Shown one piece after another: positions 7,496 to 16,997 of a stretch of DNA of 64,000 bases. The notes beneath the pieces were generated by a model. It was given only the letters and a program-made list of their open reading frames with translations. It was not told the DNA's origin and made no database searches. The position numbers and the translations under genes are program-made. The stretch's first letter is position 1; each line of letters opens with the position of its first letter. The DNA is from a bacterium (GTDB lineage Bacteria > UBA8248), in contig CBDCRP010000002.1 in the NCBI GenBank assembly GCA_965221165.1, positions 1 to 64,000 of the forward strand, given 5' to 3'.

Positions 7496-10400
7496 ATGAA
7501 TGTTCAGATTGCCGACCATTTGGGCTTTTCCCATATAGAAAAACTTTTGGCAGGCGGCGCTCCCACTCCTGCGGCGAAAGACCTTCTGGGCCAGATCGGG
7601 GTCAGCGACCCGGTAGGCGTAACCAGAAATCTACAATCCCTGGCTCTGCACCCGGCGTTTCCGCGCAACAATTCCAAGTTCCTGGGGCAGTTGCTGTCTT
7701 CTTTGCACGATACGTTCGACCCCGAACGCGCTCTGAGCAACTTCGAGCGAATCCTGGGCACTCGCGAGAACCCCGACGCGCTTCTGAAGGCTCTCACCCG
7801 CTCTGATGATCGCCGAGCGGAGCTCTTCGCATTGGCGGGCGGGAGCCAGTTCCTGATTGAAACGATTCTGCGGCATCCCCATTTTCTCGACTGGCTTTTG
7901 CGTCCCGCTACATTGAGAGCCGTTCGAACAAAAGAAAAAATGGTATCCGAGATGTGGGGGTGGGTGCGCGATAGTCAGAATGTCCCCAATGGGCCGGAAA
8001 ATGCGATGCGCCGGTTCCGCCAGCGCGAGTACCTGAGAATTGCGGTGCTGGATTTGCTGCGGCGGGCGTCTCTGAAAGAAATAACCTACAACCTTTCCCG
8101 CCTGGCCGATGCCTGTCTGGAAGTGGCCGTTCGAATCGCCAGGGCCGAGATCGAGGGGAAATATGGCAAGCCCCGATACAAGAACGCGGACGGGCAATGG
8201 CGGAATACCGAGTTCAGCGTAATCGGACTGGGAAAACTCGGTGGGCTCGAGCTCAATTTCAGTTCGGATATAGACGTGGTGTTCATATATTCCTCGGATG
8301 AGGGACAGACGTCCGGCGTTGTGGATACAATCACGGGGCGAATCAAAAGACAAATCACCAATTATGAATTTTCCGCCCACATGGCCAGGCGCATCATATC
8401 CCTGATGGGGAAAAACACCGAAGAAGGACATGTGTTTCGCATAGACACGCGCCTGCGGCCCGAAGGCTCTCAAGGCGCATTGGCCCATTCGCTCAGAAGT
8501 TGTGAAGTCTATTATGAATCCTGGGGAGAAACATGGGAACGGCAAATGTTAATCAAATCCAGGCATTGCGCGGGTTCCGCTGCGCTGAGCGATTCTTTTA
8601 CGGAAATGATACGTCCTTTCGTGTATCGACGGACGATGGACATAAGCGTGCTCGAGGAGATCGGCCGCATCAAGGGCCGCATCAACAAAAATCTCAAGGG
8701 TGCGGACGCCGCGACCCGGAACGTAAAACTCGGTGAAGGGGGCATCCGCGAGATCGAATTCATCACCCAGGCGCTGCAACTCATCTACGGCGGGCGCGAA
8801 ACCCTTCTCCAGAACCCGAGCACATTGGAGGGCCTCTCCATCATAGAGGCGCTCGGCCTTTTGCCCACCCATGAGTGCGACCATCTCGCTCGCGCATACG
8901 CATTCCTCAGGGATGTCGAGCATCGCGTGCAAGTCACGCACGGGCTTCAGACACACGAGGTTCCAGCGGATGAGAAGAGCTTGACGGTATTGGCCCGCAA
9001 GATGGATTGCGCAGGAAGCGATGAACTGAAAGCGCAACTGACGTATCACCAGAACAATGTATCGAAAGTATTTGAAAACATGTTTCGCAGTGAAAACGGG
9101 GATGAAGAAGCGGACTCAGGGGCCGAACAGCAAGCCCCGGCGCTTACTCTGGGAGATTCATTATCCGCCGAGGACCTCACCTCATACAATTTCGTGGATC
9201 CCGAAGGCGTAAGCACGCACCTCAAACTCTTGCGGAACGGCGCATCGCTCGAACACGTCAGCGCCAAGGCGAAACGCATATTCGACGAACTACTCCCCCG
9301 CCTGCTCCATCAGACACTCGAACTCCCGGAACCGGATAGAGCCATTGCGCACCTCAACAAATTCGTGGTGAGAGGAGGAGGCCGCGAATCCATCCTGGGG
9401 TTTATGGCCGAGCAGGAAGAATCGCTGGAAATCATTCTCAAATTATTCGCTTCGAGCAATTATCTGGCGGAGGTTCTGATTTCTCAGCCGGGCCTCCTTG
9501 AAACGCTGTTTCAAACGGAAACGCTCTCCCAACCGCGCTCGAAGGAATTCCTCGCCGGTGAAATGGAGAAAATAACCAGTGCGCAAATCTCGATGGAAGA
9601 TAAATTCAGTCGTCTGCACCTCCTCAAAAAAAGCGAGGAACTCGCGATAGGCATCAGAAGCATTCTCGGAGCGGCGGATATTCTGGAAACTTTATCCGCC
9701 CTCTCCCACCTTGCGGAAGTCACCCTGAAGAGCGGCCATGAGATCGTCTTCGAGAGAATACGCAAACTATATGGCGCTCCGATTGAGGCGGAGACGGGAG
9801 ATGAAGCCCGATTCGCCATCATCGGTCTCGGCAAGCTGGGAAGCGGAGAGATGAACTATGGTTCGGATTTGGATTTGATATTCGTTTACAGCGCTTCGGG
9901 GAAAACGAACGGGCAGGTTGACGGAAAAAATTCCGAATACAACGCCATCACGAATCATGAGTTTTACATCAAGTTGGCCACGCAGTTGCGCGATGGTCTC
10001 TCCTCGTCCGGCACCCGCGACCGAACGTATGAAATGGACCTTCGCCTGCGCCCCGAAGGGGCAAAAGGCGCATTGACGGCGCCGATCGATATTTTCATGG
10101 ATTACTTTAATAATCGAGCTGAAACATGGGAAAGACAAGCGCTTACAAGATCGAGATATGTGGCAGGCTCAGAGGCGTTCGCCGAGGAATTCATGAAGGT
10201 TGTCCATGCATTCGTGTATGGGAGAGAGGCGCCCGAAGAATTTTCGGAACAGGTTCACCATATGCGCAGACGCATTGAAACGGAGTTGTCTCGTGAGGAC
10301 GAGGGAATCGCCGACATCAAACTCGGGCGCGGAGGGATCATCGACATCGAGTTTTTGACGCAGTATCTTCTGATTGAAAATGGAAGAGCGCATCCTGAAG

Positions 10401-10711
10401 TCCGGATTCCAAATACGTACCGCGCATTGGAGGCACTGAATAAAGCCGGAATACTTTCGGATGAGGATACCACCATATTGCATGATGGATACCTCTTCTT
10501 GCGTCTTGTTGAAAACCGACTTCGCATAGGCAATGCCCAGTCGATCAATATATTTCTCAAAACGAAGCGGGCCATGGAAATGTTGGCTCGAAGAATGAAT
10601 TTTGTGGATGATATGGACGGAAGCGCCCATGCCAAGTTATTGGCGATGTATGAGAAAAAAACAGATCTTGTGCGAGAAGTGTATGAAAAAATCGTGATCG
10701 GGCAAAGGTAA
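7496..10711 (+). CDS. glnE: bifunctional glutamine synthetase adenylyltransferase/adenylyl-removing enzyme
   Basis: Two nucleotidyltransferase domains (GLGKLGGLELNFSSDID; GLGKLGSGEMNYGSDLD), RLRPEG and KLGxGGIxxIEF motifs; 1071 aa. Confidence 0.96.
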   Translation: MNVQIADHLGFSHIEKLLAGGAPTPAAKDLLGQIGVSDPVGVTRNLQSLALHPAFPRNNSKFLGQLLSSLHDTFDPERALSNFERILGTRENPDALLKALTRSDDRRAELFALAGGSQFLIETILRHPHFLDWLLRPATLRAVRTKEKMVSEMWGWVRDSQNVPNGPENAMRRFRQREYLRIAVLDLLRRASLKEITYNLSRLADACLEVAVRIARAEIEGKYGKPRYKNADGQWRNTEFSVIGLGKLGGLELNFSSDIDVVFIYSSDEGQTSGVVDTITGRIKRQITNYEFSAHMARRIISLMGKNTEEGHVFRIDTRLRPEGSQGALAHSLRSCEVYYESWGETWERQMLIKSRHCAGSAALSDSFTEMIRPFVYRRTMDISVLEEIGRIKGRINKNLKGADAATRNVKLGEGGIREIEFITQALQLIYGGRETLLQNPSTLEGLSIIEALGLLPTHECDHLARAYAFLRDVEHRVQVTHGLQTHEVPADEKSLTVLARKMDCAGSDELKAQLTYHQNNVSKVFENMFRSENGDEEADSGAEQQAPALTLGDSLSAEDLTSYNFVDPEGVSTHLKLLRNGASLEHVSAKAKRIFDELLPRLLHQTLELPEPDRAIAHLNKFVVRGGGRESILGFMAEQEESLEIILKLFASSNYLAEVLISQPGLLETLFQTETLSQPRSKEFLAGEMEKITSAQISMEDKFSRLHLLKKSEELAIGIRSILGAADILETLSALSHLAEVTLKSGHEIVFERIRKLYGAPIEAETGDEARFAIIGLGKLGSGEMNYGSDLDLIFVYSASGKTNGQVDGKNSEYNAITNHEFYIKLATQLRDGLSSSGTRDRTYEMDLRLRPEGAKGALTAPIDIFMDYFNNRAETWERQALTRSRYVAGSEAFAEEFMKVVHAFVYGREAPEEFSEQVHHMRRRIETELSREDEGIADIKLGRGGIIDIEFLTQYLLIENGRAHPEVRIPNTYRALEALNKAGILSDEDTTILHDGYLFLRLVENRLRIGNAQSINIFLKTKRAMEMLARRMNFVDDMDGSAHAKLLAMYEKKTDLVREVYEKIVIGQR

Positions 10712-10786
10712 ATCTCCCCCGGGAATTGCTTGCCGAATGTTTTCCAACGCATCCATATTCGGGTCGGTTAAACCAGAGGGTTCGAA

Positions 10787-12010
10787 TTGATAGTAAACAC
10801 TGATCGTTTTCGCCAAACCATGGAGGAGATGGCCGGGGTCGGAGCGACGAAAGGTGGCGGCGTGCATCGCCTCACCCTTTCCGATCATGACAGGGAAGCC
10901 AGGGATTTGTTCGCCGGGTGGGCGCACGATGCCGGCCTCGACCTGCGGATTGACGAGATGGGCAATATGTTCGCCAGGCGGGCAGGCCGGGAAGACGACG
11001 CCCCTCCCGCCATGGCGGGCAGCCATCTCGACTCGGTGCCCAGCGGAGGCCGGTTCGATGGCTCATTGGGCGTGTTGGCCGGGCTGGAAGCGGTAAGAAC
11101 ATTGAACGATAAGAACATATCGACGAAGCGCCCCATAGAAATCGTGAACTGGACGAACGAAGAGGGGCCCAGATTTCCGCCATCCATGCTCGGAAGCGGC
11201 GTATTCGCAGGGGCGATACCGCTCGAATCCGCATACGAGGCGAGAGACGCGGAAGGTGCGAGGTTTTTGGATGAGCTGGAGCGCATCGGCTACCGGGGAG
11301 ATACGCCCTGCTCCCCCGGGCCTCTCGGGTCGTATGTGGAACTCCATATAGAACAAGGCCCCGTTCTCGTGAACGAGGGCACGCAGATAGGGGTCGTGGA
11401 AGGAATTTTCGGGCTCACGTGGCTTCGCATCACCATGAAGGGAGAGCGGGACCATGCCGGCCCCACGCCGATGCGCATGCGGCGCGACGCCCTGGTGGGT
11501 GCGGCGCGCGCCATTTCGGCAATCCGCGAAATTCCCGCAAAACTGCATCCCGAATTCGTGGCTACGGTCGGGGAGGTCTCCGTATCGCCCAACGCCATAA
11601 ACGTCATTCCCGATGAGGTGACGTTTTCAGTCGATTTCAGGCACAACGAGCCGAAAACATTGGAGAAAGGATTGGAACTCGTCAAAGAAGCCGCGCACGG
11701 AGAAGCCGAAAAAGAAAACCTCAGGCTCGAGATCCAGGACGTCGGCTCCTCTACCCCCACCGCGTTCGACTTAAGCGTCGCGCAGGCCGTCAGAAGCGCG
11801 TGCGAGGAGTCGGGCTACAGCCACCGTTCGATGTGGAGCGCCGCCGGGCATGACGCGCGCTATGCTGCCGACCTTGGACCCACGGCCATGATTTTCGTCC
11901 CTTGCATCGCGGGGAAAAGCCATTCGGAAGAAGAAGATATGGATTGGGCGGACGCCTACAGGGGTTGCGACGTTCTGACGCGAACATTGATGAAACTGGC
12001 GGATTCATGA
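10787..12010 (+). CDS. Zn-dependent M20 amidohydrolase (N-carbamoyl-L-amino acid hydrolase/allantoate amidohydrolase family)
   Basis: GSHLDSVPSGGRFDG, NEEG, ELHIEQGP, HAGPTPM and AGHDA motifs. Confidence 0.92.
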   Translation: MIVNTDRFRQTMEEMAGVGATKGGGVHRLTLSDHDREARDLFAGWAHDAGLDLRIDEMGNMFARRAGREDDAPPAMAGSHLDSVPSGGRFDGSLGVLAGLEAVRTLNDKNISTKRPIEIVNWTNEEGPRFPPSMLGSGVFAGAIPLESAYEARDAEGARFLDELERIGYRGDTPCSPGPLGSYVELHIEQGPVLVNEGTQIGVVEGIFGLTWLRITMKGERDHAGPTPMRMRRDALVGAARAISAIREIPAKLHPEFVATVGEVSVSPNAINVIPDEVTFSVDFRHNEPKTLEKGLELVKEAAHGEAEKENLRLEIQDVGSSTPTAFDLSVAQAVRSACEESGYSHRSMWSAAGHDARYAADLGPTAMIFVPCIAGKSHSEEEDMDWADAYRGCDVLTRTLMKLADS

Positions 12011-12049
12011 GTAAAAGACTTTTCATGAAGAAAGGATGAGAGAAAACGG

Positions 12050-12889
12050 ATGCCTAAGATAAAATGGGAAAATGGCGCGCGATGCGCCGTGTGTCTGACT
12101 TTCGACGTGGACGGCGAGACGGTCTGGATGGGCCGGGACCCGTCGCTGGGGAATCGCCCCATTCACAATTCCATGGGCGCCTACGGCCCCAAGGTGGGCA
12201 TTCCCCGGATACTGAAGCTCCTCAAGAAATACAGCCTCCCCGGCGCTTTCTACATTCCGAGCTGGACGGTGGAGAAATGGCCGAAAATGACCGAATCCAT
12301 CGTGAAGGCGGGGCATGAAATCGGCCACCACGGCCATATTCACGAAAAACCCTATCAGATGTGCGACGCCGAGCGCGAAGAGGAGTTGCTCGTTCGCGCC
12401 CTCGAGATATTGAAGCGTGATACGGGAGGGGAAATCCTGGGCTCGCGCACTCCCTCGGCCGACCCGAGCGTCCACACGATGGGTCTGCTTAAAAAATACG
12501 GGCTTTTGTATCACTCGAACATGATGGACGACGACTGGCCCTATTACCACGATTGCGGCCTCGTGGAGTTGCCCACGAAGTGGAGTCTCGATGATTTTAT
12601 CTTCTTCGCCCACAGCACCAACCCCCCGCTCGGCCATGGTATCCGCGACGCGGAATCGGTCTATTCCATATGGGTCGAGGAATTCGAGGGCACCTACGAG
12701 GAGGGTGGATACATCAACATCATGTGCCATCCCCAGGTCATCGGCCAGCACTACCGGATGCGAATGCTCGAGAGGTTGATTCAGCACATTCTGGCGAAAG
12801 GAGACGCCTGGGTCGCGGCGCCCGGCGAGGTGGCGAAATGCTGGGCCGCGCAAAACAAAGCGCCCAGGACGAGAAGAGCCAGGAGATAG
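12050..12889 (+). CDS. polysaccharide deacetylase family protein (PuuE/HpPgdA-like)
   Basis: LTFDVD, GHEIGHHGHIH and MCHPQVIG motifs; no signal peptide. Confidence 0.88.
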   Translation: MPKIKWENGARCAVCLTFDVDGETVWMGRDPSLGNRPIHNSMGAYGPKVGIPRILKLLKKYSLPGAFYIPSWTVEKWPKMTESIVKAGHEIGHHGHIHEKPYQMCDAEREEELLVRALEILKRDTGGEILGSRTPSADPSVHTMGLLKKYGLLYHSNMMDDDWPYYHDCGLVELPTKWSLDDFIFFAHSTNPPLGHGIRDAESVYSIWVEEFEGTYEEGGYINIMCHPQVIGQHYRMRMLERLIQHILAKGDAWVAAPGEVAKCWAAQNKAPRTRRARR

Positions 12890-12953
12890 AGATCACGTTC
12901 CTCGATCCTGCTCAAACGAAGAAAGTATCGAAAATCCGCGCGAGCGCCTGGTT

Positions 12954-13409
12954 TTAGAGGACCGGAGAGAGCCAGCCCAGCACCACGCCGTAAATGGTGT
13001 GGGCGATTAATGCGGTCTGCCACGCTCTGGGGTGCATCTTGCGGCTGAAAAAGCCGTGCCCGGTGATGAGCGGATTGAACACGCATTGCGAGAAAATCAA
13101 AAGCGCCCCGCCCCACACCAGCCCGCGAAACACGGGCGGCCCGCAAATATACCCGGCGGCCACGGTGGCGTATATCAAGCCGAAAATGATGCCGTTCAAG
13201 TGAACGGCGATGAGGCCGAGCGCATAAGGGGGGTTTCCCTCATACGCCTCCCCGAACAGGAGCATCGAGAGACCCTTGCCGAAGTCGAGTTTCACCATGC
13301 CTATCTTGTCCGCGATCAGGGCGAACACGAGATGGGCATACGTGGCCAGAAAAGAAGCGGCGCAGACGACGAGCAGATCACCCGGGTTCACGAAACCCTC
13401 CCTCTTCAC
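12954..13409 (-). CDS. hypothetical four-TM membrane protein
   Basis: Four hydrophobic helices, with His in several (HLNG, HTIYG); co-oriented with the LVIVD gene. Confidence 0.75.
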   Translation of the reverse strand: MKREGFVNPGDLLVVCAASFLATYAHLVFALIADKIGMVKLDFGKGLSMLLFGEAYEGNPPYALGLIAVHLNGIIFGLIYATVAAGYICGPPVFRGLVWGGALLIFSQCVFNPLITGHGFFSRKMHPRAWQTALIAHTIYGVVLGWLSPVL

Positions 13410-13457
13410 AGATATTCCGCCCCGGAGTAGCGGGATATGGATGCCCGCTCATGCCGC

Positions 13458-14639
13458 TTAGCCGGTGTATTCCAGTATGTGCATCCCCGCTCCGTTGCGG
13501 TCGATCAGATAGAGCAGGCCGTTCTCGTCCACCCCGATGTCGTTCGACTGGGCGTAGTCTTTCCCGAAGTTGAGTTCGGGGATGTAGTGTCCTATCTCTT
13601 TTGGCCGGAAGGGGTCCGACAGATCGATGGCCCTTAAGCCGGAATTGAAATAGGTGAGGAAAATAATATCCTTCCAGGGGCCGTCCGCAGGCGTGTATTC
13701 CAGGATGTTGTGCGCGCCGAAGCGGCCGCCCCGGTTCATGTTCTCTTCCCTGTCGGGTATGTAGGTGGATATGGGAATCGGGTTCGTCTCCTCGCGGATG
13801 TCCACCACCCACATGAACTGGCTGCTCTCGTAGTTTTCCTGCGCGCGCGCCTCGTCGGTCACCACCACATACGGCCTGTCCCCGAGCGGCCAGACGGTAT
13901 GCGTGGACCCGACGAAGGGCGGCGACCAGCAGAGGTTCCCCACGCACGTGATGTCGCGCAGATCCGTGCAATCGAAAATACCCATCCCCGCTCCCCAGAA
14001 GCCGCAGAACATGCGATTCCCGCGAATGGTGGCGGGCCCGTGGCACGTCCAGGAGCGCTCGAAATCATCCGGCTCCTCGTATTCATAATCAAGGCTCAAG
14101 TCCTGTTGCGGGAGACCGGCGATGTTGAGCACTTCGGGCCTTAAGGGGTCTTTGATGTCCATGGTCCACATGACCCGGTTTCGCCAGCCATCGGCATGGT
14201 TCGGGAAGAATGCGAGCGCGCGCTCGTTGTCGACGCCGAATCTGTGCGGCCCCGTTCCGGGCAGATCATAAAACCCCGCTTCTTTCGGTTGGGATGGATT
14301 GCCGATGTCGAAAATACATACCCCTGCCCTCGCCTTTTCTCCTTCCGGCGTCTTTAAGCGCTCGTGATTCACGTAAAGGAGATCATCCCCCACGATGCGG
14401 ACTTTGTGATTGTGCAGTCCGGGAGGGGCGAACACTTCGGCGATTCGTCTCGGCTTGCTGGGGTCGGATACGTCGTGAACGGTCCAGCCCTCGGGGCCGT
14501 CATAGCTCGCCGTTCCCACGGCGCCTACATAGGCGTATCCGTTTTTCACCTCGACGAGACTCCCGCCTCCCCATGCCGCATCCGGGTCGTGCCCTATCAG
14601 TTTGAATTTTTTCGATTCAGCCGGTGCGCCTTTCGCCAT
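13458..14639 (-). CDS. LVIVD-repeat beta-propeller protein
   Basis: Repeated xxxDVSDPxxP blades (HDVSDPSKP, FDIGNPSQP, MDIKDPLRP, IDLSDPFRP). Confidence 0.85.
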   Translation of the reverse strand: MAKGAPAESKKFKLIGHDPDAAWGGGSLVEVKNGYAYVGAVGTASYDGPEGWTVHDVSDPSKPRRIAEVFAPPGLHNHKVRIVGDDLLYVNHERLKTPEGEKARAGVCIFDIGNPSQPKEAGFYDLPGTGPHRFGVDNERALAFFPNHADGWRNRVMWTMDIKDPLRPEVLNIAGLPQQDLSLDYEYEEPDDFERSWTCHGPATIRGNRMFCGFWGAGMGIFDCTDLRDITCVGNLCWSPPFVGSTHTVWPLGDRPYVVVTDEARAQENYESSQFMWVVDIREETNPIPISTYIPDREENMNRGGRFGAHNILEYTPADGPWKDIIFLTYFNSGLRAIDLSDPFRPKEIGHYIPELNFGKDYAQSNDIGVDENGLLYLIDRNGAGMHILEYTG

Positions 14640-14681
14640 TGTCCGTCTCCTGTGCAGTCGCCATCAAACCAACGATGAATG

Positions 14682-15557
14682 CTATTGGTCTTTCCCCTCA
14701 TAGACTTCTACCACGCGCGCGCAGTCATCCTCTCTCCAACCTGCGTTTTCGGCACGTCGGAACATATCGAGTCCGGTTTGCGTCATAAACGCATCAAATC
14801 CTTTTTCTTTGGCGAGGTCAACGCAAAGGCCGAGATCTTTCACGTATATTCCAATGGAACCATGGGGCGTGAAATCGCGCGCGAGGATCTTCTCCCCTTT
14901 GATCTCCAGAAGAGCACCCGCTACCGCTCCCGAGCGAAGACAAGACATAATCGTATCGTGAGACAGACCCGAGCGCTCGCCCAGGAGCAAGCCTTCGGCC
15001 AGCACTGCGACGCCGGCGTTCGTTATCAGGTTGGTCACCAGTTTCATGGAACAGCCCGTGCCGTTGGGTCCGGTGTGGAGGACGCTCTTGCCCAAAGGTT
15101 CGATGATCGGCCTGACCCGATCGAAAATTTCCTTTTTCCCGCCCACCATATAGGCCAGCGTTCTCGACTCCACGTGCGGCACCGTGCCCGAAACGGGGGC
15201 ATCGACCATCTCCACGCCCATCATTTCCAGCTTCCTTGCCAACCCTGCGGACCACGTAGGGTTCATCGTGCTCATCTCGATCAGAATGAGACCCTCCTTG
15301 CCTGCGGAGGCGATTCCCTCCGGCCCGATGGTGTTCATTTCGATGTGCTCGGGCTTGAGCAGCATGGTGAAGACGACGTCGGCTCGCTCGGCCACCTCCC
15401 TTGCGTTCGCGTAGGGAGTTCCACCGGCTTCTCTGAGTTGTTCCATGCGCATCTCGTCGACGTCGAAACCACATACCTCATGGCCATCGGCCAAGAGATT
15501 TTGGGTCAGAGGAGTTCCCATCTTGCCCAGACCAATGAATCCAAGTTTTTCACCCAT
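14682..15557 (-). CDS. NAD(P)-dependent beta-hydroxyacid dehydrogenase (3-hydroxyisobutyrate/tartronate semialdehyde reductase family)
   Basis: GFIGLGKMG, DAPVSG, KLVTN and KDL motifs. Confidence 0.92.
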   Translation of the reverse strand: MGEKLGFIGLGKMGTPLTQNLLADGHEVCGFDVDEMRMEQLREAGGTPYANAREVAERADVVFTMLLKPEHIEMNTIGPEGIASAGKEGLILIEMSTMNPTWSAGLARKLEMMGVEMVDAPVSGTVPHVESRTLAYMVGGKKEIFDRVRPIIEPLGKSVLHTGPNGTGCSMKLVTNLITNAGVAVLAEGLLLGERSGLSHDTIMSCLRSGAVAGALLEIKGEKILARDFTPHGSIGIYVKDLGLCVDLAKEKGFDAFMTQTGLDMFRRAENAGWREDDCARVVEVYEGKDQ

Positions 15558-15712
15558 TCTCGACCTCGCCTCCTCGCGCGGATAGAGTAAAATACATTTC
15601 CCGTGATCGTTTCACTTCACTCTTGCTAAAAGCGTAGAATAGAGCCTGCTGAAATCGTTGCCGGATAATCGTTTTTTGCATTGAATCAAACAATGCGCCA
15701 GAGAGGAAACAA

Positions 15713-16789
15713 ATGCCAGCCACTCCTTTGCTTGACTTGCATCAGGCGGCTAACGCCCGGTTCATAGTAGAAGCCGAATGGCGAATCCCCGCGACGTTCG
15801 GAGACGAGATATCCGAGCACCTCGCATGCCGGGAAAGCGCCATCGTGGTCGATCTCTCCCACAGGGGTCAACTCCGCTTCAGCGGCCAGGACACGGAGGA
15901 ATTCCTACACCGCATGCTTTCGAACCGGGTAAAGGAACTCACGCCCGGAGAAGGCGCATACAATACCTTCCTCACGCGCCAGGGGAAGTTTATCTCCGAT
16001 CTGTATATGTACAAAGGCGAAACTTTTGTCGTCGCCTCCGTGGCTCCGGGAATGGCGCATGTTCTTGCCGAGGAAATCGACAGATTCATCATCATGGATC
16101 AGGTGGAAGTAACGAATGAGACGGAAAATTCATTCTGTCTCGGGCTTTTTGGCCCCGACTCCCGGGAAATCATCGAAAAAGCCGGCATGGGTGCGCTTTC
16201 ATTCGAAGAACATGGGCACACGACGTGGGGCAACATGATGATAGCGCGTGAATTCTGGAGCGGAGAAGACGGCTATCTGCTCATGGGGCCTCGCGGGGAG
16301 GCGGAATCGCTCTGGCGATCATTATCAAGTGCGGGAGCGAAGCCGGCGGGTCTTGCCGCTCTTGAATCGCTCACCATGGAGGCCGGGGTGCCGCTGTTCG
16401 GGAAAGACATGACTTCTGCGGTCAATCCCATGCAGGCGGGGCTTGAGGAAAAAGCTATCGATTTTGAAAAGGGCTGCTACATCGGCCAGGAAGTAATCGC
16501 CAAGATCAAGTATCTGGGTCAGGTGAACCGTGGCCTTGTGGGCCTTAGAATCAATGGAGAAATCGCGCCCGAGCCGGGGGCGGACGTTTATTTCGATACG
16601 AAAAACATCGGCGCGATCACCCGCTCGGCATTTTGCCCGACGCTTGAAGGGATTTTGGCTTTTTCCTATCTGCCCCGCGCCCAGATGGAACCGGGCACCG
16701 CTGTGCGGGTGGATTGCAAAGGAGCCGATGCGCAAGCAACGGTCGAGAGTTTGCCCTTTTACCGAAAGGAAAATGTAACCATCCAATGA
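15713..16789 (+). CDS. folate-binding GcvT/YgfZ family protein
   Basis: KGCYIGQE YgfZ signature; DLSHRG N-terminus. Confidence 0.9.
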   Translation: MPATPLLDLHQAANARFIVEAEWRIPATFGDEISEHLACRESAIVVDLSHRGQLRFSGQDTEEFLHRMLSNRVKELTPGEGAYNTFLTRQGKFISDLYMYKGETFVVASVAPGMAHVLAEEIDRFIIMDQVEVTNETENSFCLGLFGPDSREIIEKAGMGALSFEEHGHTTWGNMMIAREFWSGEDGYLLMGPRGEAESLWRSLSSAGAKPAGLAALESLTMEAGVPLFGKDMTSAVNPMQAGLEEKAIDFEKGCYIGQEVIAKIKYLGQVNRGLVGLRINGEIAPEPGADVYFDTKNIGAITRSAFCPTLEGILAFSYLPRAQMEPGTAVRVDCKGADAQATVESLPFYRKENVTIQ

Positions 16790-16997
16790 GTGCGGGCAAC
16801 TCGACATTCCCTCAAAATGACGCGGCGGATGAGGCGAGATACTACCTCTGGGCGCTTTTGACTTCTTTCATTCTGCAAGGCATATTGCGGCCTTCTTTTT
16901 GCGGATTTATAAGAATTCGCAGGAAATTCATGCGTAGGTTCTGTATGCGAGATATTCTATAGTTTTAGAAACTCCGACTCCCGGGAGGAAGTAGCAC

